A stretch of DNA of 11,340 nt from Paraspadella gotoi. Its lineage: Eukaryota > Animalia > Chaetognatha. How positions within the stretch are numbered: the stretch's first letter is position 1; each line of letters begins with the position of its first letter. Shown piece after piece: positions 6,487 to 11,340 of the stretch. The DNA lies in contig JBJCIZ010000229.1 of NCBI GenBank assembly GCA_051294375.1, forward strand, positions 1-11,340, written 5' to 3'. A model generated the notes under the pieces. It was not told the origin of the DNA, searched no databases, and was given only the letters and a program-made list of their open reading frames with translations. Both the position numbers and the translations under genes were made by a program.

Positions 6487-9400
6487 AAAATGCATTAGCA
6501 ATCTCTTCTGCTGTTTTTGTTTTTGTCGCATAAAGTTCCGTCCACTTTGTGAACAAATCTGTTATGACCAGGACATAATTAAATCCTTTATGAGATGTTG
6601 GCAATTTGAGGAGATCTGCTTGTATTTGTTGCATTGGTCTTGTGACCTCTATTGTAATAAGAGGAGCCTTGTTTGGTGGGTTAGGTTCTCTTAAGCACTG
6701 GCATTCGTAGCAGTTATTGACATATTTCTCAATGTCTGACCAAAGCTTTGGCCATATTGCGTGTTTAAGTATGGTTTGAACCATCTTTNNNNNNNNNNGG
6801 TGACCAGTGAAAGTATTTCCATGGGTTTGTTTAAGAATGGTGTTAACCAGCGTAGGTGGTATGATAGTTTGTAAAATTGGGTGGGAAAAATCGGGGTGCT
6901 TAATAGCTCGATATAAAATGTCATCTTTAACTTGCAATAGGGGATATTGCTTCAAGAACCAATTATTAATAATTGTGTTGTGATCGGGCTTCTTTCTATT
7001 ATGGAGAAGCTTCTGTTGGATGACCGCGAGTATGTCTGGGTCGTTTCTTTGATGAGTAACGATGTCTTGAGCAGATTGTTCTTCAGACAATATGTTGACC
7101 AAATTGAGATCGTCAGCGTCCAAAGAACCAAGACAATAAGTTTCATGGTTGACGTGATCACTTTCTTCCTTTTCTATGTCATCTAAGATTTCTGACATGG
7201 TTGAAAGTTCCATTGAGTCTTTGTCTTGAATTAATGTGGCTTGAGTTTCCGTTTCTTCATGGGGGCGACGAGACATTGCATCTGCATCTCCAATGTTTTT
7301 GCCTGGGCAATGGAGTAAAGTGAAAGAGAAAGTGTTGAGAAAAATTGCCCAACGTGTTCTTCTTCCTGTTGGATCCTTATTGAGATCTTGTTTATTCCAT
7401 CCAAGTAATGGTTTGTGATCAGTGATTGCCGTAAAGTGTTTGTTGGCCAAATAATGGCGGTAAGCTTTGATCCAATTATATAGAGAGAAAAATTCTCGGT
7501 CAAAGGTTGACCAGTTCTGTTGCCTTTCTGAGAGCTTTTTAGAATCATAACAAATGACTTTCTCTTTTTCATGTTTTTGTAATAAGACCATGCCTATGGC
7601 TTCGTTGCTGGCATCTGTTCTTATGATAAATTCTTTGTTGAAATCTGGGTAAGCAACAATGGCTTCGGATGTTAGAGCTTGAATAAGTTGTTGAAAACTT
7701 GATTCACAATTCTTGTCCCAGTTGAAGGGAATTTCCTTTTTTGTGAGATCTGTAAGTGGTGCTGCAATTTTTGAGAAGTCTTTGATGAAATGCCTGTAAA
7801 ATGAGGCTAAACCCAGAANNNNNNNNNNCTCTTTAACGTTTTTTGGTGTTGGCCAAGATTTAATCTTTTCCACATTTTTTGGGTTAGGGGAGATGCCCTC
7901 ACCAGAAAGGAGAAAACCAAGACTAACTACTTTACTTCTACAGAAGAACGATTTTTGGGGGTGAAGTTTGAGATTAGCGTTTTCAATTGCTGTGAGGACC
8001 TTGTCCAATGTCTTAAGATGGGTACGATAATCCAGAGAAGCTACCAGGATATCATCCAAGAAGGTAAGAAGATGTTCTGGAGGAAAGTCCTTGAAAATTA
8101 ATTGCATCATTGCATTCATTGTTGATGTAGAGTTGATTTCGCCCATGGGGCAACGACACATTTCCCAGTGTCTTGTTGGTGTGCTAAAGGCATAGAATTT
8201 TCTGTGTGATTGAGCAATAGGGATCTGATAGAAACCTTTAAGAAGATCCATTTGAGAGAATATTTTACCTTTTATTCTTTGTAAGCAATCCGAAATATGT
8301 TCCATAGGGTAGTGATACTTTTCTGATTGGGCATTGAGTTTTCTTAGATCCACGACAAATCTGTCTTTTCCATCTTTCTTTGGAACAAGAATGATAGGAA
8401 AGTTGTATGGGCTTTCAGATGGTTGACAAATTCCTTCTTCCCACATTTGGTCAACTTTCTTCTCTATTCTTTGTGCCATTTCAGGTGTACAGCGAAATTG
8501 AGGAACTCTGATAGGAGGGCCAGGTTTTAATTTGCAATAATGCTTGGCTAAAGTAGCTTTGCCCATGTCTTTCTCATGCCATGCAAAGGCTTTTGTATGT
8601 TTAACTTTTAAAAGATTCTCTAATTCTTGAGGGTCCTCGCCCTCTGGAATTTCAGCTTGAGATAGATCCAATGTAAATTGTGTAGTTTCCGTAGTGGATG
8701 CAGCAAATTTAGATGACTCCTTGTCATCAATCGGCTTTGAAAGGTCATCCAATAAGGAGAAAAAAGTGAAATTGTCGGAGTGCAAATCATCATAAAAGTC
8801 AAAAAATGATAAAAACATGTCTTGATTTATGACTACAGGAGTGGGGAGACAATTAAGAACTTCCACATATGTTATTCCTTCATCAATGAGTGACAAAGAG
8901 GCGCCGACCAGAATTCCTTGCGCAGGCGAGTGGTTTGAAGGGTCTGTGATAATTGTGGATTTACTAATCTTCTGTAAAGTACGAGGATGAGTATGTATGA
9001 TAGATTTTATTGGCATACGCGAGTAGGGTGGAACAACAACAGTTTCATAGGTAGACAGATGAGGTGGAATATCAGGAGAAAGGCTTTTAAGAAAAGGGAT
9101 TTTTGTGGTTTTGATTTGGAGTTCAGATTTATCAAGGTCGATGATAGCTTTGTGATAGCAGAGAAAATCCCAGCCTAGGACAATTGGCTTAACTAATCCT
9201 CTCATGACTCTGGCGTTGACTGAAAAATGAGTATTGTTGATCGAGAATTGTAACTGAATGAGTCCTAAAGTGACAATACTTGAGCCATCTATTGAGTGTC
9301 CTACATTAGTTTGAGGTTGAAAAGGGACATGCTGAAGATGAGGTGTCCTTTGAATAAAAGCTTCTGCAATACAAGTTGTGGAGCAACCTGTGTCTACAAG

Positions 9401-9535
9401 AGTAAGTATGGATTCTTTTCCAACTGTGACATAAATTTCTGAAATAATATCCGGTTTGGTGATGGATTTGAGAGGAGCCAACTTTTGATCTCCGACTATA
9501 TTGTGGCTCACCATATGGTCGGTTGCTAGAAATCC
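6487..9535 (-). CDS. pol: pol, segment 1: aspartic protease, reverse transcriptase, RNase H, integrase HHCC and first catalytic Asp
   Basis: PR LVDTGC (D at 9394) and IVLGWDFL. RT PIILVPKKDGKDRFVVDLRKLN, MDLLKGFYQI, CPMG, FLDD (8051-8062). RNase H TDAS, RE, TDH, ADAMSR. IN H..GH..CYEC and IQADLL. The frame opens at 9535, -1 relative to gag; first ATG at 9514. Confidence 0.97.
9475..9535 (-). promoter_or_regulatory. -1 programmed ribosomal frameshift signal (slippery heptamer plus H-type pseudoknot)
   Basis: G GAT TTC (9535-9529) lies right before the gag TAG, followed by a 6-nt spacer. Stem 1 is CCGAC-C-ATAT/ATAT-A-GTCGG (9522-9513 with 9501-9492). Loop GAGCCA (9509-9504) pairs with TGGCTC (9480-9475). 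Confidence 0.8.
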
Positions 9536-10801
9536 TCATTGTGTTGGGTTTTAGATGGGTGAGGAGAGTCTCTGCGTAGATTTCTGTGTGGTGAATTCCT
9601 TTCTCTTGAGTTCCTAGTGTTTGCATAAGTGGATGGGCTATTGGGCTGTTGGTTGCCTCTGAATTGTTCTGAGTCTCTGTGGCTTTTAGAGTACTCATCT
9701 CTGTTCCACTTATCATTGTTTCTGTCTTCAAATTCCAATTTGCCTACAAATTGTGGTCGGTCTCTGTCTTCACGATAGTTCGAATAATCTCTCCTTTGGT
9801 AAGGATACCTAGGGCTGCTTTGACCATNNNNNNNNNNGTTTCTGGGATCTCTCGGGCTTTGTCGATATCTATCTCTTGGGCTGCGGTAGTTTCTGTCTCT
9901 GTAATCTCTATTATAGTCTCTTGAATTATCTCGATTGTCATAACGATAACGGCGATCTTCATATCTATCAAAGGGCATGCGATCATCCCTATAACGAGAT
10001 CTGTCAAAGCTTGGTGAGCGATATCTATCTCTTCTGCTCCTATCGGATTTTAGTTCCTCTAGCATAGCAGTAATGCTTGCATTGGTTTCCTTTTGAGTTT
10101 CCAAATTCTGCTTGTAAGTGAGATCCAATTGGGATATTTTCTCAGAGAGATTGTCGATTTCGTTGTCTCTCATTGCTGCGCCAGTGAAGGAAACACGTTG
10201 TGGGCCTGTTATTCCAGCCCATGCTGCGGCAATGGGTGGTCTTCCTTCAAACTTGGTAAGCATTTCTTGCCATTTCTTGCCATTTCTCGGCTCTTTCACG
10301 AGCCTTAGTTATGTTGTAGGTTCTAGGAGGTAGACCTACATCAACAAAACTTTGGTAATCTTGAGGCAATCCGGCTATGAATCTTTTATGGATCTCTTGA
10401 GTGAAAAGTTCAGGATTTTGTGCAACGAGTGGATGAAGTGTGCGGGTATCAGTGATGACTTGATTCTCAAAAACATGAAGAGGGACTTCTCCATCCCATT
10501 TCAAAGCGTCGATGTTGTCCTGGAACTTCTGTTTTCTGGATGGATCAGATAATTTGAGAATGAGCTCAGCTTTAAGAGCTGGCCAATTATTTCTGTTGTC
10601 AGAACCTTCGAAGATTTTTAGAGCTAAATCATCCAATTTTGTTGGTAAGTATTTGAGATAGGCATTCAGCTTGACTTGATTGGTGGCATCATCTGGGAGC
10701 GCTGCAACTACGGCAAGAACATATTTAGTTAACCATGTTTCTATGTCCTGCTTGTCGGTGTAGGAGAATGGTTTTATATCAATCTTCCTGAAGGAACTCA
10801 T
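9526..10801 (-). CDS. gag: gag (about 421 aa once a 10-bp duplication is removed); capsid-like N-half, coiled coil, Arg/Asp/Ser-rich C-terminus, no CCHC knuckle
   Basis: Position upstream of pol. IKPF..DIETWLTKY start and NWPALKAEL..RFIAGLP helical motifs are typical of Gypsy Gag. The two ORF-track pieces share KWQEM and join in frame when one repeat unit at 10261-10280 is removed. Confidence 0.85.
10261..10287. repeat. 10-bp tandem duplication (CATTTCTTGC x2.7) that frameshifts gag
   Basis: catttcttgc catttcttgc catttct read directly from the sequence. Confidence 0.9.
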
Positions 10802-11087
10802 GGTTGGTTATGGAAAGGAAAGATTATGGGAATTATAATAAAATAAAAGAGGGAAGATTGAGATGAGTAATGATTGACTGAAAAACAGCCAAAACCCAAT
10901 ATCAAGATAAAAATGAAAATATAATAAAAGAGATATATTTTATGAGAGAAAAGACAGAAGGATGTAAACCTCTGTATGTGAAATTTTGAGCTTAAGCAAA
11001 GCACGTCCTGAAGTTGTGGTTGGTCGGTTATAATAGATGATTAATTCAGTATGGAACAGGATAAGACGAGCAATAGGTGACATTGTC

Positions 11088-11099
11088 AACAGCCCGCCA
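11088..11099 (-). other. Primer-binding site (TGGCGGGCTGTT..)
   Basis: TGG (complement of tRNA CCA) immediately follows the ..AAGATCA LTR end, about 300 nt upstream of the gag ATG. The cognate tRNA is not identified. Confidence 0.65.
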
Positions 11100-11340
11100 T
11101 GATCTTGAGATTCTGTTTCCGAGATATATAGTTTATAATAAAATCAATATTATATACCAATACTAAAAGGCACTGTTTGTTTACTAATTACGAAAATGTG
11201 AAAAATATTGTTCCATTTCTTTGTCTTAAAGGGGAACAAAATTACGGCCCAATAACGAATTAACTCTAAAAGCTCATGATAAAAGCTTCAATAAATTGGC
11301 GTTGCAAAGATAGAAATTGCTGAAGAATAGCTGGAGCTAC
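11100..11340 (-). repeat. 5' LTR, distal (U5) portion; continues beyond the window
   Basis: Ends in CA on the minus strand directly before the PBS. Its terminal 10-14 nt are an inverted repeat of the sequence following the PPT. AT-rich and non-coding. Confidence 0.7.

Larger units (their letters stand above)
1..11340 (-). mobile_element. Ty3/Gypsy-type LTR retrotransposon (gag, pol, extra exonuclease ORF); both LTRs run off the window
   Basis: Pol domain order PR-RT-RH-IN is diagnostic of Ty3/Gypsy; gag lies upstream. PBS and PPT each abut one copy of a terminal inverted repeat. Internal region is 1559-11099. Confidence 0.93.

Noticed and set aside
9306-9731. 141-aa third-frame ORF across the gag-pol junction, and TAG-CAA read-through of gag
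   Set aside because: The ORF is a low-complexity shadow of the repetitive gag tail. Read-through would meet an in-frame TGA at 9510-9508 after five codons, whereas the -1 shift explains pol expression.
5116-10552. Numerous 60-113 aa antisense or alternate-frame ORFs inside gag and pol
   Set aside because: Shadow ORFs of the main coding frames with no motifs.
10798-11004. 68-aa Phe/Ile-rich ORF upstream of gag
   Set aside because: Non-ATG start and a by-product of the T-rich 5' leader.
11137-11295. AATAAA hexamers at 11137 and 11290
   Set aside because: They are on the strand antisense to the element and expected by chance in AT-rich sequence. No sense-strand poly(A) signal or TATA box could be assigned with confidence.

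Overview
The whole window is one Ty3/Gypsy-type (Metaviridae) LTR retrotransposon on the minus strand, from a eukaryote using the standard genetic code. Read right to left, it contains the end of the 5' LTR (11100-11340, runs off the window), a TGG primer-binding site, gag (10801-9526), a -1 ribosomal frameshift cassette, and pol (protease-RT-RNase H-integrase, to 5046). A third ORF then follows in the env position (4920-3025). It is not an envelope protein but a DEDDy 3'-5' exonuclease (WRN/EXD/MUT-7-like) with all catalytic residues intact and a good splice acceptor just upstream. About 1 kb of non-coding sequence, a polypurine tract (1559-1566) and the first 1558 bp of a long 3' LTR come next. 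The LTR edges are inferred from a matching terminal inverted repeat (TGATCTTRAG) abutting both the PBS and the PPT. Positions ~1-2580 are compositionally distinct, lack credible ORFs and are dense in nested helices, suggesting a large structured nucleic-acid module. This copy or assembly has several frameshifts and four short N-runs. The main candidate novelty is a Gypsy element carrying an apparently active exonuclease as its third gene next to a multi-kb structured 3' region.
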